Shown: positions 27,425 to 29,500 of the stretch, in pieces
Position numbering within the stretch: position 1 is the first letter of the stretch
How the letters are laid out: each line of letters starts with the position of its first letter
Assembly (NCBI GenBank): GCA_038893995.1
Contig: JAWAQK010000018.1
Location: 10,823-40,322 of the forward strand
From: Candidatus Thorarchaeota archaeon
GTDB taxonomy: Archaea > Asgardarchaeota > Thorarchaeia > Thorarchaeales > Thorarchaeaceae
Reading direction: 5' to 3'
Length of the DNA stretch: 29,500 nucleotides
Position numbers and translations under genes: made by a program
The notes under the pieces: generated by a model
The model's input: only the letters and a program-made list of their open reading frames with translations
Database searches by the model: none
What the model was told of the DNA's origin: nothing

Positions 27425-28621
27425 TTGAAGTATGATGTCATTGTCATTGGTGCTGGCCCCGCTGGGCTTATCACGGCTCACGAGGCATCGAAGCGTCTTG
27501 ATGGTGTCCTGGTCCTTGAAGAGCATGAGGAGATCGGCAGGCCCGATCACTGCGCTGGCATTCTCAGCGTTACAGGGCTGGACTCACTGGGGCTCAGACC
27601 TCCCGATGACGTTGTTCAAAACATGGTCAACAAAGCAAGGATCTACAGCCCCTCTGGATATCAGGTCGAGGTTGGGCGAGGGAAGTCTGAAGCACTAGTT
27701 GTGGACAGAGCTCTGTTCGATCGTTGGCTTGCGGACAGGGCCGCGGACAATGGTTCAGATATAGTGGTAGGCTGTCGTGTCCGGTCTGTGATTCTGAACG
27801 GTCGCGAGGGGAATGAGATCGTTGACAGCCAAGGTGACAGAAGGTGCGCGAGCATTGTGATCGATGCAGAGGGGTTCCGTTGCGTCCTGTCCTCCCGCAT
27901 TGGTCTGCCTCGTGTAAACCGACTTTCGAGACTCCCCGCTTACCAGTACGAGGTCAGGGGTGCAAAGCTAGACGATGACACGGTGGAGATGTTCTACAGT
28001 CGACGTTTCGCACCAGGTTTCTTTGCGTGGCTTGTGCCACTGGGCGACGGGCGCGCCAGAGTTGGTCTGGCAAGCAAGAGTCGATCAAGAATACGTCTTG
28101 ATGCTGCAATGAGACATCACCCCATCCTATCTGCCTCATTGAAGCATGCAAAGGTGGAACGCGGCCTTGGAGGCGTAGTCCTAGCGGGTCTTCCAATCAG
28201 GACGACTTACGCGAAAGGCATCATGATCGTGGGTGATGCGGCTGGAATGACCAAGCCCACGACAGGTGGCGGTGTGATATATGGTGGTATTGCTGGAAGG
28301 ATTGCAGGTCGGGTGGCAGTGAGTGCCGTTCTTGCTCAAGACACCTCTGAAGAGAGAATGAGTGACTATCAAAGAAGGTGGCGTGGTGCGATGATGTCAG
28401 AACTCAGGACAATGTATGTCGCATACAAGTTTCTCTCATCTCTGGGTGACAGAGGAATGGACACACTCATCCGAAACGCAAGTCAGTCTGGGTTAGTCGA
28501 TGTGGTACAGAGGCATGGAGACATGGATCGGCAGAAACAGGTCATATGGCGTCTCATCCGTGAACCCACCGCCGTATTGTCAGTACTCAGCGCCCTGCGC
28601 TTCTTGAGCCCACACTTGTGA
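27425..28621 (+). CDS. Geranylgeranyl reductase family flavoprotein
   Basis: VIGAGPAG, PDHCAG, DRALFDRWL, FFAWLVP and VGDAAGMTKPTTGGGV. Confidence 0.9.
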   Translation: MKYDVIVIGAGPAGLITAHEASKRLDGVLVLEEHEEIGRPDHCAGILSVTGLDSLGLRPPDDVVQNMVNKARIYSPSGYQVEVGRGKSEALVVDRALFDRWLADRAADNGSDIVVGCRVRSVILNGREGNEIVDSQGDRRCASIVIDAEGFRCVLSSRIGLPRVNRLSRLPAYQYEVRGAKLDDDTVEMFYSRRFAPGFFAWLVPLGDGRARVGLASKSRSRIRLDAAMRHHPILSASLKHAKVERGLGGVVLAGLPIRTTYAKGIMIVGDAAGMTKPTTGGGVIYGGIAGRIAGRVAVSAVLAQDTSEERMSDYQRRWRGAMMSELRTMYVAYKFLSSLGDRGMDTLIRNASQSGLVDVVQRHGDMDRQKQVIWRLIREPTAVLSVLSALRFLSPHL

Positions 28622-28688
28622 TGTAAGGTCATGTTTATGAAACATCGGCCCTCTGCCTCCATGTGGGGCCCTATCTATGATAGGTTCA

Positions 28689-29500
28689 GTGACCAAAGAA
28701 CCCTTAGAACTTGCGCTCCGAGTGCTGGAGACACACAGCCTCTGTGACCATTGTCTGGGACGACAGTTTGGCTGGCTCGGCACTGCAATGACGAATGAGG
28801 AGCGTGGTCGCTCGATGAAACTTGTCCTGACGCTCAGGGCAGACTACAAGCTCCGATCTGGTGAAACGGCTGCAGGAAGTCAGATCCTGAGAACATTGGC
28901 CGGAAACGGGATGTTTGCACCTGCCAGAGAATTATCAAGACGAAATGCGATAGAGTTTCCTGCAATAACTGAATGTCATATATGCACGATCTCTGGTATC
29001 AGTATCTTCCTTAGACTGCAGGACATGGTCACGAAGTGTGTAGATTCCCTCAGGGGTATAGAGTTCGACAACTTTCTAGTGGGCTCAATCCCCCCTCCTG
29101 CCTTGGCTGAACGAGAGGATGAGCTGAAGGCCTCATTCGGCCTTATACACGGTGAAACCCTCAGATCGCACATCAATCGCGAATTGGGAAAACGGCTCGG
29201 CGAAGTGATCAACAAGCCAGTGGAGTTTCGTCGTCCGCATGTCGTCCTAGTTTATGATGTTCAGAATGACTCGGTGAATGTCCAGATCAGTCCGTTGTTT
29301 GTCTCAGGTCGATACAGGAAGCTTCAGAGGGGGATTCCTCAGAGCAGATGGGACTGCAAGGCATGCCGGGGAAAGGGTTGCGACGAGTGTGGACATACAG
29401 GTAGGAGATATCCCGATTCCATCTCCGAGTACATTGGAGAACCCATACGAGAAGCGTCATCCGGGACATCTTTCAAGTTTCATGCAGCAGGCCGAGAAGA
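28689..29500 (+). CDS. pus10: tRNA pseudouridine(54/55) synthase Pus10, 3'-truncated by the window edge
   Basis: Absent from the ORF track. From GTG 28689 (or ATG 28677): MTKEPLELALRVLETHSLCDHCLGRQF..TNEERG..GRYRKLQRGIPQSRWDCKACRGKGCDEC..FHAAGRE. The window ends at the expected GRED catalytic motif. Confidence 0.92.
   Translation, partial: MTKEPLELALRVLETHSLCDHCLGRQFGWLGTAMTNEERGRSMKLVLTLRADYKLRSGETAAGSQILRTLAGNGMFAPARELSRRNAIEFPAITECHICTISGISIFLRLQDMVTKCVDSLRGIEFDNFLVGSIPPPALAEREDELKASFGLIHGETLRSHINRELGKRLGEVINKPVEFRRPHVVLVYDVQNDSVNVQISPLFVSGRYRKLQRGIPQSRWDCKACRGKGCDECGHTGRRYPDSISEYIGEPIREASSGTSFKFHAAGRE

Noticed and set aside
1-29500. CRISPR arrays, transposases, integrases or an att duplication of the tRNA end
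   Set aside because: None seen on reading. A self dot-plot would be needed to exclude short repeats.

Overview
Gene-dense archaeal chromosomal window with no mobile element or CRISPR array seen. Lineage is inferred as Asgard, probably Thorarchaeia, from stand-alone L38e and L40e, Nip7, PAC2, Pus10 and a multi-intron tRNA; this was not tested by search. Left end: a 1719-aa double-anchored surface protein (transglutaminase-like domain, about 10 Ig-like modules, DUF4129-like tail) followed by a DUF4350-like gene running off the edge. Then: HD hydrolase, CYTH/CyaB, Nop2-Nip7, PAC2, an ArsR-type regulator with a partner gene, flavodoxin, aldo-keto reductase, a Hel308-derived protein, sucCD, rpl40e, tRNA-Val, rpl38e, a beta-CASP nuclease, a regulator/secreted protein/subtilase block, alba, a NusA-like gene, truD, pth2, geranylgeranyl reductase and a partial pus10. 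Most notable: (1) a tRNA-Val(CAC) hidden under a spurious ORF extension and split by two non-canonical introns (21/22 and 59/60), which splice to a clean 76-nt cloverleaf; (2) a Hel308/Ski2-like protein that has lost its ATPase motifs and carries a SWIM zinc finger inserted in the winged-helix region; (3) the giant surface protein, whose transglutaminase triad positions are all substituted; (4) a strongly base-paired intergenic element before alba.
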